Shown here: one piece after another, positions 26,202 to 38,093 of the stretch
Numbering within the stretch: position 1 is the stretch's first letter
Layout: each line of letters opens with the position of its first letter
NCBI GenBank assembly: GCA_024401995.1
Contig: JAKSJZ010000003.1
Location: 13,512 to 77,511, forward strand
DNA length: 64,000 nt
From: Bacteroidales bacterium
GTDB taxonomy: Bacteria; Bacteroidota; Bacteroidia; Bacteroidales; UBA932
Direction of reading: 5' to 3'
Notes under the pieces: generated by a model
What the model was told of the DNA's origin: nothing
Seen by the model: only the letters and a program-made list of their open reading frames with translations
Database searches by the model: none
Program-made: the position numbers and the translations under genes

Positions 26202-28886
26202 TCATAATTTGACCACATTCAATTTTTTAACGTCCTCCCGCGTGGTGATGCTCACGACATACACTCCCGGCCTGTACCCTGCCATAGACACGAGGAACGG
26301 CTTGAAAGGCGACACGGTTATCCCCTTCTTCTCCAGAACGGTCACCCCGAGCGAATTTTCCAGCCTGACGTCCACGTTCTCCTCCTCGCCCGTACGTATG
26401 AAGAAATTGTCCGTGACCGGATTGGGGTATACCTCAACCGGCCTGGAGCCGTCACGGACCACAACGCTGAAGGTCTGGCTTGTGCTGAGCCCCCTTGCGT
26501 CAGTCGCCGTAACGGTCACGTCACAGTTGCCGTAGGAAAGAGGGGTTATGTATATGTTGCCCTTGCTCGAAGTGGCATTGAGCACATCCTCGCTGCTCAG
26601 GGAGAAGGTGAACGATAGCGCTTCTCCGTCGGGGTCGGTGAAGCAGTCCGCGCCCCGGAGCACGCGGCTGTCCTCCATCTTGCCGTTGAAAATCATATCC
26701 TCTATCTGCATCTTCTTCTGCGGAGGCCTGTTGGCGAGTATCCTGTACTTCAGCAATGCCGAATCGGCCGCACCGTATTCGTCATTGAGAATCACCCACG
26801 CCGTATAGGTTCTGTTGTCATCCGCCTTGAGCGCATCTATCATGATATCGAAACTTCCGTTCATCTCCTTCTTCGTCTCATCGAATTGCTGGACCATGAA
26901 CGTCGCTTCCAGTTCGGGAACCCTTACCCTTACGGAATCATCCATACTGTGGCCGTCCGCATCGAAAGCCGTGAAATGGATGGTGTCCTTCCCGCAACTC
27001 AGCAATTCTATGTCCAGGGAACCGGATACCGCCAGCACCGGCTTGGTATTGGCGCCGGTATGGACTTTCGACGGATTGGCCGCTGCGAGCGCGGACTTCA
27101 ACCCGGAGATGTCACAGGCCTGGGCCGCGAAATAACAATCCGATTCGAAAACGGGTATCGACAACCTTCCGCTCACCTCATCCTCCGCCTTACAGGCGCT
27201 TACGTTTATCGCCTTTGCCGGGAGAGTGTCCACGGCGGTTATCGGGCTGTTGCTATAATAGATATAAATATACTCGGGAACCCCGTCGTCTTCATCGGCA
27301 GGGACCCTTATACTGTAATCGATGAAATTGGACTTGTCCCATCTTACAGTGAATCCGGTCGGCACACCGGGCTTCTTGCCGGTCTGTCCGAGCACGCAGA
27401 GACCCGCATTCACAAGGCCACCCTTGCCCAATTTGCCCTTGTATTTCTCCCCGTTGTATTTTTCTATCGGAGTACCCTTTTCCGGATTGAGCAGCGCCGC
27501 CTTTATGGTGGACGCCTTTGTCCCCTTGGCAGCATTCGACATCATCAGGGCCGCCACTCCCGACACGTGGGGGCAGGCCATCGACGTCCCGATCATACCG
27601 CCGTACTTGTCGTTGGGGAACGTGCTTATTATATTGGAGCCGTAATCACCTCCCGGAGCGGCTATGGAAGCCCATTCCCCGTAAGTGGAATATGACGCCT
27701 TGCGGTAGCCGGGGCCAAGCGCGACGACTGAAACACAGCTCTCATACTCCGCCGGAATGCCACGCAGGATATTGTCATTGCCCGCCGAGAACGTCACAAT
27801 GCCGCCTGAAACATTCTTGTTACCAGCGTGCGATATGAAATAATCTATCGCCTCCCTGTCGGACTTCCACTCGTCATATCTGATATTGATCGGGTCCAGA
27901 TATCCCCAGCTGTTCTGCGCAATCACCGCCCCGTGGTCCGCGGCCCATTTGATTGCGGCACACCCGTCGCCTTCCCTGTTGCCCTGAAAAATCTGGCAGG
28001 ACATTATCTTCACTCCCTTCCGGCCTTTTGCGGCATTGCCTCCGGCAACCCCGCACACGCCCTTGCCGTTGTTGTTGACGGCGGCAATCGTGCCGGCCAC
28101 GTGAGTGCCGTGCTCACCGGGGCGGATGACATAGGAGCCGTCGACGAAGTTCCTTCCGCAGGAACCCCTGCCCTCTTCCGCACCGTTCACCCACATATTG
28201 GCGGACAAGTCCTCGTGATTGAAATCGACGCCCTCGTCAATCACGGCCACTATCACGTCCTCGCTGCCGGACACCTTGTCCTTGCTCTTCCACACCCCGG
28301 CGACGTTGATGTCGCACCCTGCGGCGCCGCCGTAAACGGAACCGTCATTGATATAGTGCCACTGCCTGGGGAGCAGGGGGTCGTTGAAAACGGCGGCAGA
28401 AGACGCCGACACCCCGCCGAAGGACATCGGGCTCACAAGATAGGGCAGACCGTTGTCCACAATCCTTTTCTTGCGGCGCAACTCCACAAACTCCACGTCA
28501 TCCGACCCTGCAACCCTTTCCGCCGCCTGCACGGCCTTGAGATGCCTGCCGTAGCCGACAACATACCAGCGGTTCAGGCCCGCCTCGCGCGTGCGCTCCT
28601 CGTAAGGCTCCTCATAGGGGAAAAGCCTTCTCATCGACTTGACTTCAAGCGAACCGAGAATACCGTCCGCCGGACCGATCTTGCTCAAATCGACCATACC
28701 GTCCTCACCCGTCGCCGCGAAAAGCCTGTCCGCAAACTCGGCGCTCACCTTCACGTTTATCTCCCCCGCAATCAGACCGGGTTCGTCCGCTTCCACGCTC
28801 TCGGCAACTCCGGACTCCGGTTGCTGCATCTCCGCACAGGAACACACGGCAAGCAGCACAAAAGCCAACAACCAGTAACGTTTCAT
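26202..28886 (-). CDS. S8 subtilase family serine peptidase, lipoprotein, with T9SS type A-like C-terminal domain
   Basis: Lipobox VCSC; triad VAVIDEG / HGTHVAG / GTSMACP; Ig/cadherin-like repeats (DPDGEALSF); CTD VYPNPV..GVYVVSI..VVKL; start ATG 28886. Confidence 0.9.
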   Translation of the reverse strand: MKRYWLLAFVLLAVCSCAEMQQPESGVAESVEADEPGLIAGEINVKVSAEFADRLFAATGEDGMVDLSKIGPADGILGSLEVKSMRRLFPYEEPYEERTREAGLNRWYVVGYGRHLKAVQAAERVAGSDDVEFVELRRKKRIVDNGLPYLVSPMSFGGVSASSAAVFNDPLLPRQWHYINDGSVYGGAAGCDINVAGVWKSKDKVSGSEDVIVAVIDEGVDFNHEDLSANMWVNGAEEGRGSCGRNFVDGSYVIRPGEHGTHVAGTIAAVNNNGKGVCGVAGGNAAKGRKGVKIMSCQIFQGNREGDGCAAIKWAADHGAVIAQNSWGYLDPINIRYDEWKSDREAIDYFISHAGNKNVSGGIVTFSAGNDNILRGIPAEYESCVSVVALGPGYRKASYSTYGEWASIAAPGGDYGSNIISTFPNDKYGGMIGTSMACPHVSGVAALMMSNAAKGTKASTIKAALLNPEKGTPIEKYNGEKYKGKLGKGGLVNAGLCVLGQTGKKPGVPTGFTVRWDKSNFIDYSIRVPADEDDGVPEYIYIYYSNSPITAVDTLPAKAINVSACKAEDEVSGRLSIPVFESDCYFAAQACDISGLKSALAAANPSKVHTGANTKPVLAVSGSLDIELLSCGKDTIHFTAFDADGHSMDDSVRVRVPELEATFMVQQFDETKKEMNGSFDIMIDALKADDNRTYTAWVILNDEYGAADSALLKYRILANRPPQKKMQIEDMIFNGKMEDSRVLRGADCFTDPDGEALSFTFSLSSEDVLNATSSKGNIYITPLSYGNCDVTVTATDARGLSTSQTFSVVVRDGSRPVEVYPNPVTDNFFIRTGEEENVDVRLENSLGVTVLEKKGITVSPFKPFLVSMAGYRPGVYVVSITTREDVKKLNVVKL

Positions 28887-28927
28887 ATCAAAAAGCAATT
28901 TTTGCAATTACAAATTCCTCCCCGCAG

Positions 28928-30073
28928 CTATGCAAGCGTATTGACGTCGGAAGCCGTGATGACATCCCCTCCGAGAATCAGCAGACGCTCCACGACATTG
29001 CGCAGCTCACGGATATTGCCCTTCCAGGGCTTGTCACAAAGGAGCCGTACCGCCTCCGGGCTGAACTTCTTGCGCGGAATGGCCGCACCGGAGCAGATGG
29101 ACTCGACAAAATAATCAACCAGAAGCGGTATGTCGGAACGTCTCTCGCGAAGAGGGGGCACGTTGATGACTATGACACTTATGCGATGATAAAGGTCCTC
29201 ACGGAAACGCCCCTGCTCTATCTCTCCGCGCAGGTCCTTGTTGGTCGCCGCAATGACCCTGACGTCCACCTTTATCTCGGTATCGGAGCCGACTCTTGAA
29301 AACCGGTTCTCCTGCAATACCCGCAGCACCTTCGCCTGGGCCGCCAGCGACATATCCCCAATCTCGTCGAGGAACAGCGTCCCGCCGTCAGCCTGCTCGA
29401 ACTTGCCCTTGTGACGGCTTACGGCCGAGGTGAACGACCCCTTCTCGTGGCCGAAAAGTTCGCTCTCGATAAGTTCGGACGGGATGGCCGCACAGTTCAC
29501 CTCGACGTACGGCCTGTCGGCCCTGTCGCTCTGTTCGTAGATACTCCGCGCGACAAGTTCCTTGCCCGAGCCGTTCTCGCCGGTGACCAGCACACGTGCG
29601 GGCGTCGCCGCAACCTTCGCCACCATCTCCTTTATGCGCTTCATCTGCTCCGACTCCCCTATCATCCTGTCCCCATACGCCTTCTTGGTAAGAAGATGAG
29701 TCTTTGTCACAAGATTGCTCTTCTCGGTCGCGTTCTTTATGGTGATAAGTATGCGATTGAGTTCCAACGGCTTGGAGATGAAATCGAAGGCCCCGTTCTT
29801 GATGCACTCGACGGCGGTCTCGATATCGGCGTGGCCGGAAATCATCACAACGGCGCTCTCGCACCCGGACTCCCTGAGTTTCGCAAGCACCTCCGTGCCG
29901 TCCATCCCCGGCATCTTGACGTCGCAGAAAATGACGTCGAACCTGCCTTCGAGTGCGGCCTTGATACCGGAAGCCCCGTCTTCCGCCGCCTCGACCTCGT
30001 ATCCCTCGTCAGTAAGAATCTCCCCCAGAATGCTGCGGATGGCCCTTTCGTCGTCTATTACAAGTATCTTCAT
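28928..30073 (-). CDS. NtrC/NtrX-like response regulator with AAA+ sigma-54 activator domain
   Basis: Receiver (VIDDE, CDVKMP, FISKP); [40 protein letters not shown]; no C-terminal HTH. Confidence 0.92.
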   Translation of the reverse strand: MKILVIDDERAIRSILGEILTDEGYEVEAAEDGASGIKAALEGRFDVIFCDVKMPGMDGTEVLAKLRESGCESAVVMISGHADIETAVECIKNGAFDFISKPLELNRILITIKNATEKSNLVTKTHLLTKKAYGDRMIGESEQMKRIKEMVAKVAATPARVLVTGENGSGKELVARSIYEQSDRADRPYVEVNCAAIPSELIESELFGHEKGSFTSAVSRHKGKFEQADGGTLFLDEIGDMSLAAQAKVLRVLQENRFSRVGSDTEIKVDVRVIAATNKDLRGEIEQGRFREDLYHRISVIVINVPPLRERRSDIPLLVDYFVESICSGAAIPRKKFSPEAVRLLCDKPWKGNIRELRNVVERLLILGGDVITASDVNTLA

Positions 30074-30852
30074 CTGTCCTCCCCCATTGATGCCTCGTGT
30101 TCTGCCCTGGCCCTCTCCACACTTACGGAGCGTTTGAGGACAAAACCGCTGCCAAGATATTTCGTGCGCACGTCATCGTCGGCGGCAAGCGCTTCCGGAG
30201 TACCCTGCTGGAGAATCGTACCCTCATACAGCAGATATGCGCGGTCCGTTATCGCCAGGGTCTCTCCGACGTTGTGGTCGGTGATGATGACGCCAATGTT
30301 CTTATACTTCAACTTCGCGATGATATACTGGATATCCTCCACCGCTATCGGGTCAACTCCCGCGAAAGGTTCGTCGAGCAGGATGAACTTGGGGTCGATG
30401 GCAAGCGCGCGGGCTATCTCGCAACGCCGGCGCTCACCTCCGGACAATTGGATACCGAGACTCTTGCGCACCTTCGAGAGATTGAACTCGTTGATGAGCG
30501 ACTCGAGTCTTTCCATCCTCTCCTCCCTCTCCACACCCTTCATCTCCATAACGGAAAGGATGTTGTTCTCCACGGACATCTTCCTGAAAACGGAAGCCTC
30601 CTGGGGGAGGTAGCCTATGCCCATCTGAGCCCTGCGATACATAGGGAGCCCCGTAATCTCCTCGTCATCAAGGAAAATCCTGCCGCCGTTCGGCTCGACC
30701 TGGCCCGTTATCATATAGAAACTCGTGGTCTTTCCGGCGCCGTTAGGGCCGAGGAACCCCACAATTTCCCCCTGGTTGACTTCCATCGACACGCCCTTGA
30801 CGACGGTGCGGATGCCATACTTCTTGACAATGTTTTCGCAGCGAAGCTTCAT
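30070..30852 (-). CDS. lptB: LPS export ABC transporter ATP-binding protein
   Basis: [48 protein letters not shown]; start ATG 30852. Confidence 0.95.
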   Translation of the reverse strand: MKLRCENIVKKYGIRTVVKGVSMEVNQGEIVGFLGPNGAGKTTSFYMITGQVEPNGGRIFLDDEEITGLPMYRRAQMGIGYLPQEASVFRKMSVENNILSVMEMKGVEREERMERLESLINEFNLSKVRKSLGIQLSGGERRRCEIARALAIDPKFILLDEPFAGVDPIAVEDIQYIIAKLKYKNIGVIITDHNVGETLAITDRAYLLYEGTILQQGTPEALAADDDVRTKYLGSGFVLKRSVSVERARAEHEASMGEDR

Positions 30853-30859
30853 TCCTTGC

Positions 30860-32623
30860 TTATTTGATGTCGAGGCCAAGGTCTATCACAAACTCCTTGA
30901 CTTCGGGATTTTTCTGCATAAGTTCACGAGCCTTCTCCTCGGGCAGGTAAGCCTTCTTCTCCACCTCCTCGTCAGGTATGACGTCAACGCACAGGCGCAC
31001 CTTGTCAGTCAGGAGAATGCTGCGGAGACGCACCTCGAGACCGCCGAGGACCTTCTCGACTATCCAGCCGCGCTGCGCTTCGTTGAACACGGTGAACGTC
31101 AGCGTCCTGAACCCGTCTCCGTCCTCCACCCTGGTCTTCGCGCTGTCCAGGGTCTTGAAAAGATTGATCCTGTCGGACTTCTCGGAGACAACCTGCTTCC
31201 AGGCACCGAGGATGTCTTCCTCCTCGGGAACACCTCCGGAAGACAACTCGGCAGACTTCGCTTCGTTCGCCTCATCCTCCACCAGGGAGGCCATGGACAG
31301 GGCGGGACGCCTCTTCGAGGCGGCCTGCGGGGCGACCTGCGGGGTAGGAGCCTTCGGGGCCGGGGTCTCCGGGGCGGGATCGGGGTCGGCTTTTTCAACC
31401 GGGGCCTTCACCTCCGGCGCGGGAGCCCCGGCCGTCGGGGCGGCAGGCTCCGCCACGGGTGCCTCCTCCTTCGGGGCAACCACCTTCACCGCAGATGACT
31501 CCGCCTTCGGGTCGGCAGCCGTGGCCGGAGCGCCAAGCAGGAACGAAAGCCTCATCAGCGCATACTCCACGTGCAACCTCGGATTGAGCGCCGTCCTGTA
31601 CCCGGATTCACACTGCGCCGTGATGCCGAGCGCATCGAACAGAAACTTGACCCCGCACTTCGCCGCCTGCCCCGAATAAAGCTCCCGGAGCGACTCCGGA
31701 ATATCGAGCAGCGCCTCCAGGCCTCCGGTGCGGCAGACCAGAAGGTCGCGCAGGTGGGAACTCAGGGCCGCCACGAAATACTGGGCATTGAAGCCCTTCG
31801 AAAGAATCTCGTCGAAAGTCAGCAGCGCCGAAGCGTAGTCTCCGGCAAGGAACGCATCGACCAGCCTGAAACTGTACGCATAGTCAAGCACGTTGAGATT
31901 GCGGATGACATCCTCATAATGAACGTCCTGCCCGCAGAAGGCAACCGTCTGGTCAAACAGGGTGAGGGCGTCCCTCATCGCGCCGTCCGCCTTCTGGGCG
32001 ATGACGTGAAGGGACTTGTCGTCTATGGTCACCCCCTCTTTCCCGGCTATGTCGCGCAGGTTCCTGACCATATCGGGCACTCCGATGCGGTTGAAATCAT
32101 AAGTCTGACACCGGCTCAGGATAGTCGGGAGAATCTTGTGCTTCTCGGTGGTGCACAGTATGAAGACCGCATACGCGGGCGGCTCCTCGAGAGTCTTGAG
32201 GAAGGCGTTGAACGCAGCGCCTGTAAGCATATGCACCTCATCTATGATATAAACCGAATACTTCCCGGTCTGGGGAGGAATCTGAACCTGATCCAGAAGG
32301 GCCTTCACGTTCTCGACTCCGTTGTTGGACGCGGCATCCAGTTCGTGGATGCAATACGAACGCCCCTCGGCAAAAGACCGGCAGGATTCGCACTCGCCGC
32401 ACGGGTCCATATCGGCGGACGGGGAAGAACAGTTTATAGCCTTCGCAAAAAGGCGCGCCATACTGGTCTTGCCGACACCCCTCGGCCCGCAAAAAAGATA
32501 TGCGTGCGCAAGCTGGCCCCTTGATATCGAGTTCTTCAGCGTGCGGGAGATATTGTCCTGTCCGAACAGCGTCCCGAACGATTCGGGGCGATATTTACGT
32601 GCTGATACTACATAATCCGACAT
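30860..32623 (-). CDS. dnaX: DNA polymerase III subunit gamma/tau
   Basis: [50 protein letters not shown]; Pro/Ala linker; start ATG 32623. Confidence 0.96.
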   Translation of the reverse strand: MSDYVVSARKYRPESFGTLFGQDNISRTLKNSISRGQLAHAYLFCGPRGVGKTSMARLFAKAINCSSPSADMDPCGECESCRSFAEGRSYCIHELDAASNNGVENVKALLDQVQIPPQTGKYSVYIIDEVHMLTGAAFNAFLKTLEEPPAYAVFILCTTEKHKILPTILSRCQTYDFNRIGVPDMVRNLRDIAGKEGVTIDDKSLHVIAQKADGAMRDALTLFDQTVAFCGQDVHYEDVIRNLNVLDYAYSFRLVDAFLAGDYASALLTFDEILSKGFNAQYFVAALSSHLRDLLVCRTGGLEALLDIPESLRELYSGQAAKCGVKFLFDALGITAQCESGYRTALNPRLHVEYALMRLSFLLGAPATAADPKAESSAVKVVAPKEEAPVAEPAAPTAGAPAPEVKAPVEKADPDPAPETPAPKAPTPQVAPQAASKRRPALSMASLVEDEANEAKSAELSSGGVPEEEDILGAWKQVVSEKSDRINLFKTLDSAKTRVEDGDGFRTLTFTVFNEAQRGWIVEKVLGGLEVRLRSILLTDKVRLCVDVIPDEEVEKKAYLPEEKARELMQKNPEVKEFVIDLGLDIK

Positions 32624-32629
32624 AGCCGT

Positions 32630-32658
32630 CAAAGTTAGTCAAAATTTTGTTAATTTTG
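32630..32658. promoter_or_regulatory. Divergent -7 boxes: TAACTTTG (-, dnaX) and TAATTTTG (+)
   Basis: CAAAGTTA at 32630-32637, 7 nt from dnaX ATG; TAATTTTG at 32651-32658. Confidence 0.72.
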
Positions 32659-32719
32659 CTACGAAGGGCCGTTTCCTTCCCTTTGGGATGAAACCGCTTC
32701 TCCGTCAACAACAAAAGCA

Positions 32720-33478
32720 ATGAAGAAAATACTTTCCATCCTCCTTCTTCTCGCCATCGTGCCGGCTGCCGCTTGCTACGGGCAGAAGAAGATTTACACC
32801 AAGAAGGCCAAACTCGCGAACTTCACCTCCTCCATCACCAAAGTCATAGCCAGCGGAGAAGTCCTGCTGGACAACGCCCTCCAAACCGAAGTCTCCGGGC
32901 GCTGGACCGCCACTCCCTATGAGTTCAGCACCATACAGGACTTCGAAGCGGAGATTGCCCGCCCGGACCTCTATTTCCTCCGTTTCACCGTGGACAGGGG
33001 CGTTGTCTTCCTGTCCCTTCAGAAAGGCGGCGCCGAGGGGGACCGCAACAACCCGACAGAACTCAGGGTGGACGTGGTCAGCATCCCGGTATGCGCCGAA
33101 GGAGCCATATCGGAGAGAACCTTCACCTATCTGCCGGCTTTGGTCGAGATTATCCAAAGATTCACCCTTGATGCAATGGAGTCCGACAAGACCGGTTATA
33201 TGGGACTGTTGAGCCTGAACCGGCCGAAACTCAAGGGGAGGCATATCGCCTTCGAGCCCGACGAGGCGGACGCACTGTTCCTTGCCGGGGAGCCGGATGC
33301 TCTGTGCGGCTATCTGGTCCACCCCACGGAGCCCAGGGACGGCGACTACTGCTACAGGATGCTGATTACGGCCGACACTCACGAACTGGTTTACTTCAAG
33401 TTCAACAAACTCCGGAAGTCCCGGCCGGCCGGATGGCTCGACTCGGACCTGGCCCTGGCCGGAAAGAAACAGGATTGA
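32720..33478 (+). CDS. Hypothetical exported protein
   Basis: MKKILSILLLLAIVPAAACYG signal peptide; A-rich start context; 3 nt from the next gene; no family recognised. Confidence 0.75.
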   Translation: MKKILSILLLLAIVPAAACYGQKKIYTKKAKLANFTSSITKVIASGEVLLDNALQTEVSGRWTATPYEFSTIQDFEAEIARPDLYFLRFTVDRGVVFLSLQKGGAEGDRNNPTELRVDVVSIPVCAEGAISERTFTYLPALVEIIQRFTLDAMESDKTGYMGLLSLNRPKLKGRHIAFEPDEADALFLAGEPDALCGYLVHPTEPRDGDYCYRMLITADTHELVYFKFNKLRKSRPAGWLDSDLALAGKKQD

Positions 33479-33481
33479 CGG

Positions 33482-34120
33482 ATGGAGTCCCCGCTCGAAC
33501 AGTACGTTCTGGACCATACCAGCCCCGACGAGCAGGCTCTGACGTGGATCGAGCACCAGACCTTCGTCAAGACCCACTATCCGCAGATGCTGTCGGGCAG
33601 GGTGAAGATGAGACTGCTTCGCATCATTGCCGGAGCCTGCAGGGCCGGACGCATACTCGAAATCGGAACTTTCACCGGCTACTCGGCCGCCGCTTTTGCG
33701 CTGGCCCTGCCGGACGGAGGCCATATCGACACATATGAAATCAATGACGAGATGGAGACCCTCATACGGGAAGGATGGCGGCGGGCAGGCGTGGAGCCGA
33801 AAATCACCCTGCACATAGGCGACGCTCTCAAAATCCTGCCCCGAACTGCGGATGTACCCTACGATATGGCATATATCGATGCCGACAAGCGCGAATACCC
33901 GGCCTTCTTCGAGGCCGTCCTCCCTCTTGTCCGCAAAGGGGGATTGATAGTGGTCGATGATACGCTGATGGGCGGGAAGGTCGTGGAAACGCCGCGCCCG
34001 TCGGATGCCCAGACGGAAGGGCTGGCGGCGCTGGGCGACCTGCTGCGCTCCGACAGCCGCATAGAACTTGTAACCCTGCCGCTTCACGACGGGCTCACGA
34101 TTGCAAGGAAGTTGCAATAG
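33482..34120 (+). CDS. SAM-dependent O-methyltransferase (COMT/YrrM-like)
   Basis: ILEIGTFTGYSA, YIDADK, GGLIVVDD, LPLHDGL. Confidence 0.92.
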   Translation: MESPLEQYVLDHTSPDEQALTWIEHQTFVKTHYPQMLSGRVKMRLLRIIAGACRAGRILEIGTFTGYSAAAFALALPDGGHIDTYEINDEMETLIREGWRRAGVEPKITLHIGDALKILPRTADVPYDMAYIDADKREYPAFFEAVLPLVRKGGLIVVDDTLMGGKVVETPRPSDAQTEGLAALGDLLRSDSRIELVTLPLHDGLTIARKLQ

Positions 34121-36184
34121 CTATCCTATGGTGGAGCCGGGCATCAGCGGTTCCGCAGCCTCCTGTCCGTTCTCCGGGGTGATGAACCTCATCCTGCCGT
34201 CGCTCTGACGGGCCATCAGTATCATACCCTTCGACTCTATGCCGCGGATAACACGCGGTTTGAGGTTGGCCAGGACGCATATATGACGTCCCACCATATC
34301 CTCCGGCGAATAGTATTCGGCTATGCCGCTCACTATGGTCCTGCGGTCGAGGCCGGTATCTATGGTAAGCTTGAGAAGCTTGTCGGTCTTGGGCACCCTC
34401 TCCGCCTCCAGCACTACTGCCGTGCGGATATCCATCCGGCCGAATTCCTCGAACGTACATTCTTCCTTGCCCGGCTCGACGCCCGTCCCGGCAGCCGCTT
34501 CTTCCTTCAGCTTCTCCCTTATCCGTGCAAGGCGATCAATCTGGGCCTGTATCGCCTCATCCTCGATCTTGGCGAAAAGCAACTCCGCTTCGCGTATTGC
34601 GTGACCTGCAGGCAGGATGTCGCCGCATCCCAGAAGCGACCAGTCCAGCGGGGAGTCCAGCATCGTGCGGAGGCGCGCGGCGGCAAACGGGGTGAAAGGC
34701 TCGAAAGCGACTGCCAGATCGGCGCAAATCTGAAGCGATACGTTGAGAATGGTGGAGCAACGGGCCATATCGTCCTTTGCAACCTTCCACGGCTCCGTAT
34801 CCGAGAGATGCTTGTTGCCGACCCTGGCTATCTGCATCGCATCCCGCAGAGCCTCGCGGAACTTGAAAGTCTCGATATTGCGCTCCAACGACGCCTTCAA
34901 CCCCGGTATCTGGTCCAGGGCCTCCCTGTCTATGGGCAACAGCTCCCCGCGTGCAGGGACCCTGCCTTCAAAATACTTGTGGGTCAGCACGACGGCCCTG
35001 TTCACGAAATTGCCGAACACGGCCACGAGTTCGGAGTTGTTGCGTGTCTGGAAATCCTTCCAGCTGAAGTCGTTGTCCTTCGTCTCCGGAGCGTTCGCGG
35101 TGAGGACATAGCGCAGCACGTCCTGCTTTCCGGGGAAATCGCGCAGATATTCGTGAGCCCATACGGCCCAGCCGCGCGACGTCGATATCTTCTCTCCCTC
35201 AAGGTTGAGGAACTCGTTGGCGGGCACGTTCTCGGGAAGCACGTAGCCGCCGTAAGCCTTCAGCATCGCGGGGAATACTATGCAGTGGAACACGATGTTG
35301 TCCTTTCCGATGAAATGGACCAGTCTGGTGTCGTCGGACTTCCACCACTTCTCCCAACTGTCCGGAAGAAGCTCCATAGTGTTGGATATGTAGCCGATAG
35401 GGGCATCGAACCACACGTAGAGAACCTTGCCTTCGGCCCCCTCCACCGGAACGGGTACGCCCCAGTCGAGGTCGCGAGTGACGGCACGGGGCTGGAGGCC
35501 GCCGTCAAGCCAGCTCTTGACCTGACCGTAAACGTTGCTTCTCCATTCCTTATGGCCCTCCAGAATCCATTCGCGGAGCCACTTCTCATAATCCTGCAGG
35601 GGAAGATACCAATGGGTTGTCTTTCTCTTCACCGGGGCGGCGCCGCTGAGCCTGCTCGCCGGGTTGACAAGCTCTTCCGGGCTCAGGGACGCTCCGCACT
35701 TCTCGCACTGGTCGCCGTAAGCCCCTTCAGCCCCGCACTTGGGGCAGGTCCCGACGATATAGCGGTCGGCAAGGAAAGTCCCGGCCTCCGGATCGTAATA
35801 CTGCTCGCTCTCCCGCCTTACGAACTTGCCGTCATCGTAGAGCTTCCTGAAAAAAGCGGACGCATTTTCCAGATGCGTCCCGGAGGACGTCCTTCCATAT
35901 ATGTCGAAGTTGATGCCCAGCCCCTTGAACGACTCGTCAATCATCACGTGGTACTTGTCCACAATATCCTGCGGGCTGCACCCCTGCTTGCGGGCCTGAA
36001 TCGTGATGGGAACCCCGTGCTCGTCCGAACCGCACACGTACAGCACATCCTCCCCCTTCATCCTCAGATACCTCACATAGATGTCCGCCGGCACATAAAC
36101 TCCGGCGAGATGGCCGATATGCACCGGACCGTTGGCGTACGGAAGCGCACACGTGACAAGGGTTCTCTTGAATTTCTTTTCCAT
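34121..36184 (-). CDS. metG: Methionine--tRNA ligase
   Basis: [40 protein letters not shown]-terminal tRNA-binding OB domain. Confidence 0.98.
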   Translation of the reverse strand: MEKKFKRTLVTCALPYANGPVHIGHLAGVYVPADIYVRYLRMKGEDVLYVCGSDEHGVPITIQARKQGCSPQDIVDKYHVMIDESFKGLGINFDIYGRTSSGTHLENASAFFRKLYDDGKFVRRESEQYYDPEAGTFLADRYIVGTCPKCGAEGAYGDQCEKCGASLSPEELVNPASRLSGAAPVKRKTTHWYLPLQDYEKWLREWILEGHKEWRSNVYGQVKSWLDGGLQPRAVTRDLDWGVPVPVEGAEGKVLYVWFDAPIGYISNTMELLPDSWEKWWKSDDTRLVHFIGKDNIVFHCIVFPAMLKAYGGYVLPENVPANEFLNLEGEKISTSRGWAVWAHEYLRDFPGKQDVLRYVLTANAPETKDNDFSWKDFQTRNNSELVAVFGNFVNRAVVLTHKYFEGRVPARGELLPIDREALDQIPGLKASLERNIETFKFREALRDAMQIARVGNKHLSDTEPWKVAKDDMARCSTILNVSLQICADLAVAFEPFTPFAAARLRTMLDSPLDWSLLGCGDILPAGHAIREAELLFAKIEDEAIQAQIDRLARIREKLKEEAAAGTGVEPGKEECTFEEFGRMDIRTAVVLEAERVPKTDKLLKLTIDTGLDRRTIVSGIAEYYSPEDMVGRHICVLANLKPRVIRGIESKGMILMARQSDGRMRFITPENGQEAAEPLMPGSTIG

Positions 36185-36188
36185 ATCC

Positions 36189-38093
36189 TTATTGTTTCCT
36201 TTCTCTCCCTATACGGCGCCTGAGCATCGTCTGCAACTTCTTCAACTCGATGTTGCGGAGCAGAAGCGCCTCGTTGTCCGGGTCTTCGGCTATGCTGCGG
36301 TTAACCGACAGCAGTTCGTCATAAACCCTTCTCTCCATATAATAAAGCAGGGCCTTGGGCACCTGCACGATAAGCCAGGACGGAACCGTCATCATCGATG
36401 AACTGAGATTCTTGACCGACAGGGAATACTTGTCCGAAGAAAGCTGCGCCGCGGCATCCGCCACCAAAGTCTCATCGAGGTTGACAAGCGCACGCACTAT
36501 CTCGTCGTCGCTCCTTCCCTGATGCGCCAGTTCGAAATATTCGTCATAAAGCCGGCGGTAAACGCTGTTCTGCATCACGACCCCATCCGTCTCCAGAGAC
36601 TCGGAGATGAAGTCTCGGACCAGTATCTTGTCCTCCTCGGAAACGTAATATTCCGAGTCGCTCGGAAACTCGAGCACCTGGCCGCCATAGCGGAGAAGCA
36701 ACTCCACTATGTCTCTCTCTGCGTCGGCGACCACCCGGTTCTCGGGGACATACTGCACGGGGGACGGCTTCTCCACCTTTACTGTCGGAGGAACCGTGCC
36801 ACGTCTGGTCTGCGACACTCTCCGGAATATGACGGCGGGGTCGATGTCGAACTTCCTGGCACAGTCCTCAACATATACCGACCGCTTGACGGCATCCGGT
36901 ATATCGGCTATCGTATCCGCGATGTCGTTGATGAGATTGGCCCTCCTGAGCGGATCGGAGCCGGCCTCGCCGAGCAGCAGGTCCGTCTTGAAACCTATGA
37001 AGTCGCGTTCGCCCCCGTCAATGAACTCCTGCATCTGGGCGAGCGTGTGCTTGCGTGCGAACGAATCCGGGTCCTCGCCGTCGGGCAGGAGCACCACCTT
37101 CACGTCAAGCCCCTCCTGCAGGGCCAGACCTATGCCCTTCATCGCGGCGTGTATGCCGGCGGAATCACCGTCATACATTATTGTCAGGTTGTCGGTGTGC
37201 TTGTGTATCAGACGCACCTGTTCGACGGTGAGAGAAGTCCCGCAGGAGGCCACCACGTTGGTGATACCCAACTGATGAAGCGTGACCATATCGACGTTGC
37301 CCTCCACCAGGATACATTTCCGGAGACGGTGGATATCATTCTTGGCAAAATAAATCCCGAGAAGAATCCGGCTCTTGGTATATATCTCCGTCTCCGGCGA
37401 ATTGAGATACTTCGCCGGGTTGTCCGAGCGCAGCGTCCTGCCGCTGAAGGCAATCACCCTGCCGCTCACCGAGTGAATCGGGAACATCACCCTCTCGCGG
37501 AACTTGTCAACCACCGAACCGTCCTCGTGGCGCACGCACAAGCCCGCATCAAGAAGATACTCCACCTTGTACCCGGCCTTCACCGCCGCATCAAGCAGGG
37601 CCGTCCTGCCGGAAGGAGCCCATCCGAGGCCGAACTTCGCTATCGTCGCATCCTCCAGGCCGCGCGTATGGAAATACGCCAGGCCCACCGTGCGCCCCTC
37701 CCCTTCCGAAAGCTGCGAGGCGAAGAATTTCTGCGCGAACTCGCTTACCAGCATAAGACTCTCCGAATGCTGGCGGAGAGCAATATCCTCGGCCGTCTCC
37801 TCCCTCTCGCGGACCTCGATGTTGTACTTTCTGGCGACATACTTCACCGCCTCGGTATAACTGCAATGCTCGTGTTCCATAACGAACTTGAAAACGCCGC
37901 CGGCGGCACCGCAACCGAAACACTTGTACATCGCACGCGACGGGGTGACATAGAAGGACGGGGTCTTCTCGTTATGGAAAGGACAGCAGGCGACAAGACT
38001 CGCACCGCGGCGCTTCAGCGACAGGAAATCACCGATAACGTCCTCGATACGGGCGGTATCTTCAACAAGCCTTATGGTCTCGGCGGGAATCAC
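36189..38093 (-). CDS. dnaG: DNA primase
   Basis: [15 protein letters not shown] zinc finger, [26 protein letters not shown]; GTG start. Confidence 0.96.
   Translation of the reverse strand: MIPAETIRLVEDTARIEDVIGDFLSLKRRGASLVACCPFHNEKTPSFYVTPSRAMYKCFGCGAAGGVFKFVMEHEHCSYTEAVKYVARKYNIEVREREETAEDIALRQHSESLMLVSEFAQKFFASQLSEGEGRTVGLAYFHTRGLEDATIAKFGLGWAPSGRTALLDAAVKAGYKVEYLLDAGLCVRHEDGSVVDKFRERVMFPIHSVSGRVIAFSGRTLRSDNPAKYLNSPETEIYTKSRILLGIYFAKNDIHRLRKCILVEGNVDMVTLHQLGITNVVASCGTSLTVEQVRLIHKHTDNLTIMYDGDSAGIHAAMKGIGLALQEGLDVKVVLLPDGEDPDSFARKHTLAQMQEFIDGGERDFIGFKTDLLLGEAGSDPLRRANLINDIADTIADIPDAVKRSVYVEDCARKFDIDPAVIFRRVSQTRRGTVPPTVKVEKPSPVQYVPENRVVADAERDIVELLLRYGGQVLEFPSDSEYYVSEEDKILVRDFISESLETDGVVMQNSVYRRLYDEYFELAHQGRSDDEIVRALVNLDETLVADAAAQLSSDKYSLSVKNLSSSMMTVPSWLIVQVPKALLYYMERRVYDELLSVNRSIAEDPDNEALLLRNIELKKLQTMLRRRIGRERKQ

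Noticed and set aside
31386-31400. GAAAAAG run in the dnaX linker as a possible gamma/tau -1 frameshift site
   Set aside because: It reads GAA AAA GCC in frame, which is not the A AAA AAG phasing, and no upstream SD-like stimulator is visible
31320-31530. Pro/Ala-rich repetitive GC stretch in dnaX
   Set aside because: Ordinary low-complexity linker of the tau subunit, not a DNA repeat element
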